The notes under the pieces were generated by a model. The model saw only the letters and a list, made by a program, of their open reading frames with translations, made no database searches and was not told where the DNA came from. The position numbers and the translations under genes are program-made. A DNA stretch of 64,000 bases from Podarcis liolepis (lineage: Eukaryota), in assembly GCA_965112155.1 (NCBI GenBank), contig OZ218105.1. One strand, written 5' to 3'. The first letter of the stretch is position 1; each line of letters starts with the position of its first letter. Below, piece by piece: positions 51,410 through 64,000 of the stretch.

Positions 51410-53084
51410 AACTGACAACCAGAGGCAGGGAAGAGCTACCTTTGGCTCATTGAGAAACCCACCTAGTAACTTCAGTGAGCTTCAGAGAGTTGTATGATTC
51501 TTTCTTGTGCTGTATTTTTTTCCTTAAACTAAGGGCAGCCTGGAACATGTTCTACCTGAGCAGAAGTGCAGGTGGGGAGAGATTATTTAACCCTTCCCCC
51601 TCTAGTCATTTTTCAGCCTAAGGTCATCCTCCCTCCCCAGCTTCTTCACCTGCAGGGGCGATGCTTTGTAGTTCCAAACTTTCCCTGTCTTTCTTCCTCT
51701 CTTCCCACTCCCCACTCCCAGATGAAAAAGCAGCCAGGCAACAGCTTCTCCCTGTCTGCGCTCCTTCTGCTCAGACACACTCTGCCCTTGGCCATTTTGT
51801 GGTTTGTTTGTTTTTATAAAAAAAGGGGGGTTAGTTTGGGCCTGAAGTTATTTTAACAGACAGCTTACCATTAGTTAAGAACTTATATTTTTATGTGCCT
51901 CAGCTATGTAGCTACTCTAATAAGTATACCTCGTGTGCCCTGATTTAGGGAGAGCGCTCACAAATGAAATAGTACATGAAGGGTGCATTGTGCAGCACAA
52001 CTTTTATGCTGCCCCAACATTTGCCTAATTCTACTTTCAGGACCATAAGCCATTCAGCACAGGTTTATTCCAGGTGCCTTCAGCATCTGAGTTAAATTAT
52101 GTTTTCTTAGTGTCTCTGTTCATGTTATCTCATGTCCTATAGTTGGAAAGCATTTTAAATACCTATTACAACCCATGAATTTCTCAGAGTGCTTCTTTCT
52201 TGGTTGTGGTTCAGAATACTACTGCATTTTTTTGTAGAGAATTGTGTGGGGGATTTGAACACCAGACCTTTATTTAGGGCTGTGCCAAATATTATCTTAT
52301 TTCAGCTGTCCCTTTGGAAGTACTTTATCCCTTTTAAATGTTTTTTTTTTTTTTTTGTACTGGCAATGAACGCTGAAAATAGTTGAAAACTGGGGGTGTC
52401 TTTCAACAGTTACAAAACCTGACGCAAATAAGTTCAACCCTATTTTTTCTTTAGTGATTTGTAGAGTGACTACTACTGTAGAGTGATTATTGGCAGCCAT
52501 AATTATATTTTATTTAGGTACTGAGGTAAATGAAACAAATCCACATTGGCTTCTGTGATGTTAACAAAACAGGCTTCTCCTGACTGACTGGTTTGAAAAT
52601 AGAATCAGCTGGCTCAGATAGAGATGACCAAAAGACATGTTGTACAGAGAAACTATGACACATCCTCTAGTTTAGCATTACTTGCCCAAAAACTCTTTCA
52701 GCAAATCTATCACCTTGGCATTCTAAGTGGAAAATCGCAGTAGCAAATCTTTGAGTTTTGATATCTGTAGGTGAAACTTTTTATTTGTCTGGGCAAAGGT
52801 GCAAACTTCTGAATCCTGTAATGTTTAGAAGCTAATCCATGTTCTCTTAACGGTTCTAGCATGCTAGAACATAGAGTAGCTCCAATCCAGTTTTATTTAG
52901 GACTCAAATTCTAGCCCTGTTAGTGCTTCATTCACCTCCTGTGGGAGCAAACATAGCTTAGCCCTGCTTTCTCCAGCATGTCATCTGTACACAGTTTAGA
53001 GCCCTTCACAACTGGGAGAGCAATGATCTGAAGTGGGAAGAGACTTCTCATGGATGCCCACCAATGCAATCTAGAACCCTGAAC

Positions 53085-53720
53085 GAGACCTTGGGGTCTT
53101 AGTGGATAGCTCAGTGAAGATGATAACCCAGTGTGTGGCAGAGGCCACAAAGGCAAATTCCATGCTAGGGATCAGTAGGGAAGGAATTGAAAATAAAACT
53201 GCTGATATCGTAATGTCATTATACAAATCTGTGGCATGACTGCACTTGGAAAACCATAAATAGTTCTGGCCATCTTTCTACAAAAAGGTTATTGTAGAGT
53301 TGGAAAAGTTTCAGAAAGGGGCAACCAAAATGTTCCAAGAAGATGGAGCAAATCCCCCATGAAGAAAGCAGCTTTTTAGATTAGAAAATAAGCAAGTACT
53401 TTCTTACTATCATGTGATAGAATTTTATAAAATTATGCATGGTATGAAGAAAGTGGATAGGATAAAGTTTTTATCCGTCTCTTGTGACATTAGACCTCAT
53501 GGACAGGCAATGAAGCTGAATGTTAGAAGATTCAAGACAGATGAAAGTCCTTCGAACCGTGCATAGTGATATTGTGGAACTACAGGAGGCAGTGAGGGTC
53601 ATCAGCATGGATGGTTTAAATGAGGATTAGATAAATTCATGGAGGATAAGGCTATAAATTGCTACTAGCCACAATGGCTGTACTGTGCTTCCACAGTTGG
53701 AAGCCGTATGCTTCTGAATT
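53085..53720 (+). mobile_element. CR1 LINE 3' portion
   Basis: Degenerate homolog of 32545-33590. Confidence 0.82.
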
Positions 53721-53907
53721 TCAGCTACAGTATTGTAAACCGCAGGAGTGTGGTTTGTGCCTTAATTTGGATCAAAGCTGGTTCTGAGGGGAACTGTACT
53801 GTTACAAAACATTTTGCCTGCCCCTCTGCCTGCCAAGCGGTGGCAAGAGCCAATGGAGAATAGAAGATACAGCAGAAACTGTTGTGCTTTAAGGAATATG
53901 GTTTATT

Positions 53908-54105
53908 CTTCTCGGTAGTGGCGCCCGCCCTGTGGAACACCCTCCCTTCAGATGTGAAGGAAACAAGCAGCTATCTTATCTTCAAAAGACATCTGAAGGC
54001 AGCCCTGCTTAGGGAAGTTTTTAATATTTAATGCTGTATTGTTTTTAACACTCGATTGGGAGCCGCCCAGAGTGGCTGGGGAAACCCAGCCAGATGGACG
54101 GGGAA

Positions 54106-54152
<47 letters not shown>
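53908..54152 (+). mobile_element. L2-clade LINE 3' end with (AAT)n tail
   Basis: Matches the other L2 3' ends in the window. Confidence 0.88.
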
Positions 54153-54153
<1 letters not shown>

Positions 54154-54154
<1 letters not shown>

Positions 54155-54568
54155 AGTGGTGCCCCGCAAGACGAAATTAATTCGTTCCGCAATTTTTGTT
54201 GTCTAGCGAATTTTTCGTCTTGCGAAGCACGAAATCCCATAGGAATGCATTGAAAATCAATTAATGCGTTCCTATGGTCAAAAAAAGTCCAAACAAAGCC
54301 AAATTTGGTACAACAACGGTTTATTAACTGCTCTTTAAAGTCACACATACTGTAAAGAGCAGTTCAAAAATTTAAGGGAAAATAAATTAACTTTATAAAC
54401 AAAACATGTCTTTGTTTTTAGTCAAAGAAAAAAAGTCGCGAGACGTTTTCGTCTTGCGAAGCAAGCCCATAGGGGAAATTCGTCTTGCGAGGCAAATCGC
54501 GAACGGAAAAACCTTTCGTCTAGCGAGTTTTTTGTCTTGCGAGGCATTCGTCTTGCGGGGCACCACTG
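54154..54568. mobile_element. Tigger-like non-autonomous transposon inserted in the L2 tail
   Basis: Perfect 22-bp TIR CAGTGGTGCCCCGCAAGACGAA, TA TSD, internal repeats of TTCGTCTTGCG. Confidence 0.94.
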
Positions 54569-56616
54569 TAATAATAATTTATTTACACCTTTGGTATGTA
54601 TGGAGGGAGTCCAGAACTTACAGCATACACATTTCCAGAGGCTACTGAGCAGGCAATCTTCAGGCTGCTTCCCTCAAAGATGTATCTCTCCCCTTCTTCC
54701 TCCCAGAAACCCCCAGAGCACTTACCCTGGCAACCTCCCAAATCCCCAGTCTCTTTTCACACCTGGGGAAAGAAGTCAGTGGCCCTCTATTGTTCTATTG
54801 ATAGCAGTAGCTGAGCTAGGTTGGTTTGCATAAGCCAGCCCAGGAATTCCCTGTCTGGTACAACTGCAGTTTATGTTTTAATCCATATCCCAATTAATCA
54901 AAATCCTAGCCTTTATTCATTCCTAAGGTTTAGGGGGATCCCCTCCCCATCTATAGCAGCATCAAAACACAGCATTTCTTGTGAAATGACTGGATACATA
55001 CATACAGGATAGATATGGATTGTGATGAATGTCATGAGTACATAGCTTCTCAAACCAATATTGGGTGAACACTGGCTGCAGAGTAAGCAGAAGTCTCAGT
55101 TTTCTACAAGTTCTAGATTGATTATGACACTAATCCACTGAAGCTGTAGAATATAATATAAAGCAATGCTATGGGGGGAATATAGGAATTTTATTTTTTA
55201 ATGAATTTTTAATTAGGGCTGGAGCTGGAGGTATTTTAGAAACCTTCTCATCAATCTACTTTCTCTGATTCCTGGGGATGTTGTTTAACCATGGGATGAA
55301 ATTGGTACAGCCAAGACAAATAAACTTGAGGTTTAACAAATGTGCTGTTGAAAACACATGCAGACAGCTTCACATAGACTTTAAAACAGGTTTCTGCACA
55401 ATAATCCCTTTTGGGTAGCAGATCAGGTGACTTGCTGCATCTCTCTATTCATGCTTATTTATTAATTAAAAGAATATATATGCCACTTTAAATTTCTATA
55501 AATTTATTGGGGGGGGGGAATACAGAAGAGGCAAAGCTCCAGGTGGAACAGGCTTTTCCTGACCATTCATTACAATGCGTGATGTCCAGATGTCCAGTTT
55601 ATTGATTTTAATGGATGCTGTGTTGCCACTTCTTTTCCGCATCTGTCATTCATTCGTTTATTCATTCATTCATTCATTCATTCAAGGATAACACATAAAC
55701 AGCTTTGCCGAATCAATCCAAAAGTCCATCTAGATCATGAGATTGCCTCTGGCAATCCCACATGTAAGCATGAAGACACAATCTCTCTCCCACAGTTGCC
55801 AGTATTTAGATGGTATTCAGTAGCATACAATTTCTGAACATCAGCATTCCATTGTTCTTGTTTGGCTAATAACCTTTGATCGAAATATTCTTCCTGAGCT
55901 GTCATTCACTTTCCCCAATACAACCTTGATGGGCTTGTCTCATCTACACCTACATCCATGGAAGGTGTCCCTCATAGCAAATGATTAGGTAAACATGGTA
56001 AGTCGTCTAGTCTGTGTGCTTGACTACAGTATTGTTCCATAATTGATCCCCCAACATGGATTTGCTTTTGAAGTCAATGGGAATTTTTGCCACTGCCTTT
56101 TTTCTTTTTCTTTCTAAAATGGATTGCCCACTGCATTTCAAGCAAATTCTTTCAGTGGTGAACTGCAGTGGATCTGGGAGGTCTACATGCAAACTGTAAA
56201 AAGCCAGGAGGAAGTGTGGGGTGAGGGGGGGGGGAGTTTCTCATATTTTCATCACAAAAAAACATTAGCATAATTCCTCAAGTGCAGACTATCTAAGATA
56301 CCTTTGAGTTATTTATTAATATTTAAAGAGGTTTTTGGCATCAGGCAGGGAGCATAATTCTTGAAAAGAGCTGACAGCAGAATACATTTGTTAACTAGAA
56401 AGATGTGTCTAAACCCTGCCAAGAGAAACAAGCGTACTGAAAAACCACTTGCTACGCATAGTGGGGACCGTGCCTTTTTCCGGCTGCAGGGCTTATTTAT
56501 TACAGGAGAAGTTTTGCTTACCATTGTGTGGTCAGTCTTGTGCTTCTTGGTGAAGGCTACATTACCCGGAAAGAGGGAAATATTTTAAAAGGCAAGGGTT
56601 TTCGAATGGTTTAAAG

Positions 56617-56704
56617 TCAGCAAAAACAACAAGAGAGTCTTGTGGCGCTAAACAGATTTATTACGGCATAAGCTTTCAGCGGAGAGTCCACTTCATCGGT
56701 TGCA
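56617..56704 (-). mobile_element. Penelope-like element terminal fragment with minimal hammerhead motif
   Basis: Minus strand reads TGCAACCGATGAAGTGGACTCTCCGCTGAAAGCTTATGC, then AATAAA and GCCACAAGACTC..TTGTTGTTTTTGCTG. A related end fragment lies at ~21945-22000. Confidence 0.7.
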
Positions 56705-58969
56705 TCAGATGACTATGCTTCAGCAGATGTTAATAACAGTTACATATCCAGTACCTGGATCCTTTCTTGTATTTATTTCTAAAATATGATCTGATTGCTT
56801 CCAGAGGTGAGGTACTTATTGGATTGGGGACACTGTATATAGCTCAGGTGCAGGTCATGTGTTGTATGCCTTGAGGCTGTCACTGTTTTGCGGGAAGGAT
56901 TCACACTGAAATCTCAGTGTGTTATGAGTAGGGTTGTCAGTCAGTTTTTAAATCCTTTAGTACAATCCTATGTTGATTCAGAAGCAAATCCCACTGACTT
57001 ATGTGGGTACAGGACTGGAGTTCTTATCAGTTGCATGCAATCGTAAACATATTTGCTCAGAATTCAGTCCCACAGAGCTCAATGGGACTTGCATGCTAGT
57101 AAGTATGCTTAGGAGTACAATCTTAATCTATTCACATTTGCACATTAAATAAAAGATCAGTTCTAAAGAGAGGAACATACCTTTTTAAAAAAAACTAAGC
57201 CCATGCTGCTGCAGATACTGCCATGGAAGAGGGATTTCCCCTTCTCTTGCACACAGGAGGAAATGCAGGGTTTGGGCTTTTTTAAAAATAAGCACCCTAA
57301 TAAAAGTCAAAATTACTTTTTGAAAAAATCAGCTGTCTACCTAATTGTGAGATACTCGTTTAATCAAGTTCTTTTTAATCAATTAATCAAACAAATTAAT
57401 GACTGAATATTACAGCTGTCATTATGAGTGTGTACCAGAAGAAATCTTTCTTGTCCAAGCCGGTTTGTGGCTGGATATGTTTCTGCAAAACTCCCCTTCG
57501 TTTCAGCTGTGCTTGCAGAGGAGAAGCTTCTATCAGATCACTGGGGAAAGAACTGGGAAGAACAGATCACAGTATTGCAAACAACGTTGTTCCTTGACGT
57601 TGGTTGCAATTCAGTAAGCTTGTTCACCTGTATGAAAGGCCTTGCACCTATCTATTTTTGTGTCTGCTTTAGGAATTAGTAGACTCTTATACCTTGCTGT
57701 ACACCAAGCTGTTTTTCAAGATTTGCCTTTCCCTCCATCCCAGCTCCTGAAAGAATATGGGTCATTGGGGGAGGGGGTAGTACTGGTTCTTGTGCCAAAA
57801 CAAATTCATACAGTCCAATTGAGGATGTAGATATGGTGACGGTGCCTTTTCAGATTGCTGCCAAATGGGCACAATCCAGAGAATGGCAGTCAAGTTTTAC
57901 TCACATCCAAATCAATGGGAAATAAGTGCATAGTTCGGCTGCCCTTGGTTATTTAAAGAATATAGTTGTAGTGCTGTTTTCTTCTTCTTTCCCTCTATTT
58001 GTGTCCTTAATCTCAATAGGACCTGTTAAATTGGAAACTCAGGTTAGACTGCAGACCTCTGATGACCCAAGGATCTTTCCTCTATGTGCCAAACATTCAT
58101 AGATCAGTGGGCAGGGGCAATACATTTTTGGGGGGTAAATTTAAATGAAGTTGTGGGCACCATGTATGATGGCTAAGCTCTGCTCCTGTTCAAAAGGAGC
58201 AATGCTGCCTGCCCCCCCACTAAAACAGCCATCTGGGGGTTTCTTATCCCCAGATAAATGCTACTCACGTGGGGGGTTATAACACCTAAAGATGACTATA
58301 GTTAACGTGGCAATCTATTATCAATCAGTTTGAATGAGCCTTGCCAACATATCAGATGGCAGATTGTGCACTTCATGGCCCCTCAATGTTCAGTATGAAA
58401 TATGTTTCAATGCATGTTTTCCTAGCAGTTCTAGCACATTTGAATATGAAGCGGCTCAGTTTGTGGTCAGTCTCAATCTGTCACTCTACACAAGCTAGGA
58501 TTCACAATACATTCATGAAGAGTAGGCTTTCTTCTAATTACTTGTTCGATGCTAAAGTTGTAATCAATCAAATCAGTTCTCTTCACTTTTCTGGTCTCCT
58601 GAAGAAACTTATGATGTTGTATTCACCTTTCACCAAGATCGTCCAGCTACCCCGAAGAGGGAGTTGAAGAATGACAACTCTAGAAACCCAGGTTAAGGCA
58701 TTCCTAAAAAGGCGAATTGGGACAAAATAGAAGCCGTGATTTGCCAGTCACAAGTTTCCCAAAAAACTGGACTGTTCCTGGTAAATGGGGACAGTCGTAC
58801 ATTCTAAAAGGAAATACTTGTGGGTGTAAGAGCAAAGTGTGCTTCCAAGTTTGGTGCAGAAAAATCTATGCTTTGGCTATCAAACATTTGGCATTCCCTA
58901 AGGCAGGGCCTAAGTATTTGGCAATCTTTTTAGGTGTCTTGATGTTGCAGAGAAATCCTTCCAAGTATA

Positions 58970-59580
58970 CGAGACCCCTGCTGGATCAGACCAACAGCCT
59001 ATCTAGTCTAGCTGGGATAGCTCAGTTGGTAGAGCATGAGGCTCTTAATCTCCGGGTTGTTAGTCCAAGCCCCACGTTGGGCAAAAGATTCCTGCATTGC
59101 AGGTGGTTGGACTAGATGATGCTCTGCAATTCTATGATTCTAGCATCCTGTATTCCACAGAGGTCAAACTCTGGGAAGCCCACCAGCAAAGCTATAATGC
59201 CATAGCCTTCCATGGTGCTTTTTTCCTGGAGATGGTATTGGAGCCCCCATTGAACCACTGTGTCTAGTAGCCATTATCTAGTAGTTTTATCGTCTTTGGT
59301 TTTGTCTAACCCTCTTTCAAAGCCACTCAAATTAGTATCTATCACTTCATCTTCTGGAATTGAATTCCATAGTTGAACTATACACTGTGTGAAAAAGAAG
59401 AGAGAGACAAAAACTCTCTAATCACTTTCCCCCACACCACATGTAATTTTTAAACCCCTGTCATGCCCTTTTTTACTTGCCCTTTTTAAAACGAAACACA
59501 CACCCCCAAAATGTTGTAGCCTTTTCTTGCAAGGAAGTCATTGCAGCCCTCTGATCATTTTGGTTTTAGCTCTCCCAGCA
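58970..59580 (-). mobile_element. CR1 LINE 3' portion, interrupted by a SINE
   Basis: Reverse complement of the CR1 3' UTR and ORF2 end. Confidence 0.75.
59011..59141 (+). mobile_element. tRNA-Lys(CTT)-derived SINE with CR1-type 3' tail
   Basis: GATAGCTCAGTTGGTAGAGCATGAGGCTCTTAATCTC tRNA-Lys head fused to GGTTGGACTAGATG..ATTCTATGATTCTA tail. Confidence 0.85.
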
Positions 59581-61292
59581 CTGATTCTAATTCACACCTC
59601 ATGTTTAAACTGTTACACCCTCCAAAGAAGAAAACGCGTAGGGGTTTTTAAAAGAGAGAACAAAAGTTGGTGTATAGCCTTAAAAGAAAAAGCATGCTTT
59701 TTATTAACGTTTACAGTAGCGATTTCACAGGAGTTGAAATTCCTATTATAGCATGGTATTGTGAGTCTCTTTTGGTTTGCTTTGGTTTTTCATAAGAGCT
59801 TTGATAGTATTAGCAATTCTTTTAAGAGGTAGGTGTATACAGTACAGCACACTTATTTTTTATATAGCTGATAAACTGAATGAATAAGTCCCTTAGCACA
59901 ACAGAGATGGAGCAGGTCTGAACAGTTCTTGGTCTCTTTTGATTTGCATGCCTATACAAATATGTGAGATTTTTTAACAAAGTACTTGTGTGGAACCAGG
60001 CAATTAAGTTAGAACAAAATGTTCTTTAAAATAAAAATAAAACTGAACAAGTAAGCATATTATTTGATGCAATGGGGTAAAAATTTCATAATAATGTTGC
60101 ATAAACACCTTTTTGAGATTTCCCCTCCTTTAAAAACAAAAAATAATAAATTGTGGTGTCCAATATCTGTATTGATGAGGTTGAGCTGATAACAATAATG
60201 GGTGTGGAAAAACTTCCTCTGAGGTCATTAAAAACTAAAGTGGGAAAATTTTTATAATTGTCACCTAGAGTACTGAAGGTGAAAGGACTTCCTGAGTGAT
60301 GGAAAAAAGCTTCATTTTTCTTGCATCAGGAATATCATCCCCAAAAAAATTCTGAGGGAAAGTAAAGGAAATGTAGTTTTAGTACAGCATCTTTTTATTA
60401 TACGCAGATGTTTACCAAAGGGTGGGGGACATAGACATATCATATGTTCTGCAGAGAGAAGAAAAATCTTTGCAGATTTCTCCCCCTTTGTCTGTTATCA
60501 ATTAAAATCATCAAAACAAAATTATAATCCAAATTACAATGTATCATTTCACTTTTAGATGGAACGGGGAGAAGGACAGCTATGAAATCTGCAAACCATC
60601 AAAGTAACAAAGCCATTTGCTTCCAATGGCTAGTATGTTCATGTCTGTTTCAAGTGAGCTTTGGGGAGGAAGAATTGAAACCACGTTCACGTGGTCAAGC
60701 TCACACTTGCGTCAAAGAAACCTTTGAGGTTCAGATCCAGAGCAGCAGATAATGTTTCTCTCTTCCTTTCCCCTGCTTTATACAAACCTCAAAATATTTT
60801 CAAGCGGAGGGGATGGTTATCCCTTGGGAGGCTAAGAAGGTAGCATCTGTAGGATCTATGCATGGGAAAGTTTACCATGGGCTAGGAATATCAAATATTC
60901 AATTTCCAACTGTCCCCTCTTAGAGAATTCTTTAGATGGGAACTGTTTTTAATTTTGAAAGAAGTAATTTAAATTCTGTTGTTTTCCTATGAGGTTAATA
61001 GTATTGTGTATCTACATTTTAAAGATGTCTTTACAAAAGAGATTTATTATACCCTTTAATTTTGTCAGTGTATACATGTTATATATATTAATGAAATAAC
61101 ATGCAAAACATCCTCTGTTTTTCTTTAAAAGCAGCTAACTTGACTGCACCATGCTTTGAAGTTGGGCATATTTTTTAAAAAAAAATAGGTAAGTGACTTT
61201 GGGAGAACTTTGGTGACAGCAGACAAGTGACAAAATAATGCTATGGTATTCCTCCTTCTGAGCTTTTTCTTGGGGTCTACTGAAGAGAGATC

Positions 61293-61724
61293 TGCATTGG
61301 CTCCCAGTACATTTCTGAGCACAATTCAAAGTGTTGGTGCTGACCTTTAAAGCCCTAAACAGCCTCATCCCTGTATACCTGAAGGAGCGTCTCCACCCCC
61401 ATCGTTCAGCCCGGACACTGAGATCCAGCACCGAGGGCCTTCTGGCAGTTCCCTCATTGCGAGAAGTGAGGTTACAGGGAACCAGGCAGAGGGCCTTCTC
61501 GGTAGTGGAGCCCGCCCTGTGGAACGCCTTCCCATCAGATGTCAAGGAAATAAGCAGCTATCTAATTTTTATAGACATCTGAAGGCAGCCCTGTTTAGGG
61601 AAGTTTTTAATATTTAATACTGTATTGTTTTTAACACTCGATTGGGAGCCGCCCAGAGTGGCTGGGGAAACTCAGCCAGATGGGCGAGGTATAAATAATA
61701 TTTTATTATTATTATTATTATTAT
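61293..61724 (+). mobile_element. L2-clade LINE 3' fragment
   Basis: LHWLPV..FKVLVLTFKAL motif and (TTA)n tail. Confidence 0.9.
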
Positions 61725-62856
61725 ATAAGGGGAGGAAATCTGTGCACATACATTGGTATTTCCCCCTTTACCTTCTAGATGATAAACTCTTCTGCTCAGA
61801 CATTTAGAATGAGTTTTCTGTCTTGATGAAATGTATACCGAGACATAGCTATGAAACTTATTTCTCTGCTCAGTGTTATTTTTAATTTTGCACTTCAGAT
61901 TCGAAGATTATATAGGGGTGTGTGTGTCAGTATTCACATAGTCAGGATTAAGTAAACTTGAGGCAAATACAGACTTCTGCACAAAAAAATAGGTATGGAC
62001 ATTGGAAAGAGGCTGTTTTGAGTTACTGTGACCATTCCTGGACCACAGGAGCCAGGCTACAGTGGTCCATGCACTGGTAACCTCAGAAGTTTCAACTAGT
62101 GTAGAATCCAGCAGCCAGATGACTCAAAGGAGCAGATTATACACAGTATGCAACTCTGCTCCTAGTTGATAATTTACTGCTGGGCCAGGTTCAAGGTACT
62201 GCTGTGAACCTCAAGGCTAACAATAAAAGAACAACAACAACAGCTCGCTTGGCTTCCATTTTCATTCTTCCTTGTCTTTCCCTCCCCTTGCTTTTTCGAA
62301 TACATAAATCATTCTCCCTTTCTGATGGATGCTCAACTGTCTTCCAAAACTTCATTCATATCTGTTCTACATATCCTGCCTAACATGTTTTCTTTTCCTG
62401 TTTCCTTTAAATAAAAGGAAAGACTTGTAACACCTGAATGAAGGATCTCTGGAGACTGACACCTTATGTTCTATGATTTATTTGTTGCTGCAATAAATAA
62501 CGCATAAATACTGTGTCAACATTTCCCCCCTCAAGGTTAAATAGTGTTGTTATTGTTGGGCTACATCCTAAAATTCTCATTCGGTAAGAGAATCTTCACA
62601 AGAATTGCAATAAATAGCAGTTTCCATTCAGCCTTACCTGCTGTGGCTGGTTTGGATGCAACAATAGTTCAGACTAGAACTTTTTTATTATACAGTATAT
62701 AGGGCCCCTCTAAAGTTTGCACATACGCGCATGCATGCACACACACACACCTTACAGCCACCATATTTGAAGTTACTATTTCTTACATTTTACAAATAGG
62801 TAACTGGGTCTGAGAAATGGTGACTTGGAACGAACCAAGCTGTGAGAGGGAGGGCA

Positions 62857-62889
<33 letters not shown>
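62857..62889. repeat. (TTAC)n microsatellite
   Basis: Direct inspection. Confidence 0.9.
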
Positions 62890-62890
<1 letters not shown>

Positions 62891-63011
62891 TGTATATGCT
62901 AATCTTCGATATAAATAATTGCAGGGCACATTTTAAGTTAATATTATACAATACCATACACTGAGAGTAGCAAATAATAAAAGATAGAAGAGCAGATAAA
63001 TACACAACAAT

Positions 63012-63384
63012 TAAAGGTAAAGGACCCCTGGACGGTTAAGTCCAGTCAAAGGCGACTATGGGGTGCGGCTCTCATCTCACTTTCAGGCCGAAGGAGCCGG
63101 GTTTGTCCACAGACAGCTTTCCGGGTCATGTGGACAGCATGACTAAACCGCTTCTGGCACAACAGAACACCGTGATGGAAACCAGAGTGCCCAGAACGCC
63201 GTTTACCTTCCCGCCGCAGTGGTACCTATTTATCTATTTCCACTGGTGTGCTTTCAAACTGCTAGGTTGGCAGAAGCTGGGACAGCAGTGGGAGCTCACC
63301 CCATCGTGTGGATTCGAACCGCTGACCTTCCGATCGGCAAGCCCAAGAGGCTAAGTGGTTTAGACCACAGCGCCGCCCGCATCC
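63012..63384 (-). mobile_element. Sauria SINE, full length
   Basis: Minus strand begins GGATGCGGGCGGCGCTGTGGTCTAAACCAC, has B box GGTTCGAATCC and ends in (ACCTTT)n. Confidence 0.93.
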
Positions 63385-64000
63385 TTGTTAACAATACTTA
63401 ACATCTGTATGGCATTTCACATGCCTTACCTAACTGCAATCCCTACTTCAACCTGTTTATTTTTATCTACATTGCAGATAGAGGTGGGTGGCTTGCGTAA
63501 GGGCTACCTAGTAAGTTTACAGCAGTGGCAGGATTCAAATTGGGGGGTTCTTTACATATAATTCAGTCTTAGCTACTGTTCTGTACCAGCTCACATTACA
63601 CACGACAAAACTGCCAGAATGCTTCAGTTAAACCAAGGGCCTCACTTTGTGTAGTCAATTAATAATATACCCTTAGGAACCCTGCCACAAAATTTCTGTC
63701 TGTGGGCCTGTATATTTGTCTTCACAGAAGCTGGCCATTTGACCAGTGTAGGCCTCAGTTCAACACTTTGCTTAGCAAAATAGCCACTGTAGATGTAGAA
63801 CTGGTAGGTGGAAAAGTCTCATTCTGGGTTTAGAAAAGTCAATAGATATTTCACAGATTTGTTTAAAGCCAAGCAAAGCATGTGTAAAACTGTCAAATAA
63901 ATAATTATCAATAATTATCCTGCTGAAGTCTCCCCAATAATCTGTTGTTCAGGCACTGAGTGGACGTCATAATCCTTCCTCACAGAGGGTTGCAATTGCA

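Noticed and set aside
54154-54568. Regularly recurring TTCGTCTTGCG motifs as a CRISPR-like array
   Set aside because: They are subterminal repeats of a TIR transposon in a vertebrate genome, with irregular spacing.
59011-59083. tRNA-Lys gene
   Set aside because: The T-arm/B box is degenerate and the sequence continues into a CR1-type tail, so it is a SINE head.

Overview
This is eukaryotic, repeat-rich, apparently intronic or intergenic DNA from a squamate reptile, most likely a lacertid lizard. That inference rests on the co-occurrence of Sauria SINE, Squam3-type SINE, a tRNA-Lys/CR1 SINE, RTE-BovB, young L2 LINEs and abundant Tigger and hAT MITEs. No intact host protein-coding gene could be identified, and nearly all ORFs in the track are chance frames in repeats or microsatellites. 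Well-supported content: a tailless processed RAC1 retrocopy with a 14-bp TSD (37452-37868), LINE fragments (CR1, L2, BovB, Penelope), SINEs, many TIR MITEs with verifiable TSDs, and microsatellites. Most interesting: (1) three diverged ~800-bp LTR-like elements with a shared, covarying, multi-helix minus-strand RNA fold that partly sequesters the poly(A) signal; (2) a degraded segment at the window start with motifs resembling a mononegavirus L (RdRp) gene, a candidate endogenous viral element; (3) an L2 insertion whose TSD lies ~150 bp beyond its tail, an apparent 3' transduction; (4) a minimal hammerhead-ribozyme motif in a Penelope fragment. Family names come from recall of consensus sequences, not from database searches.
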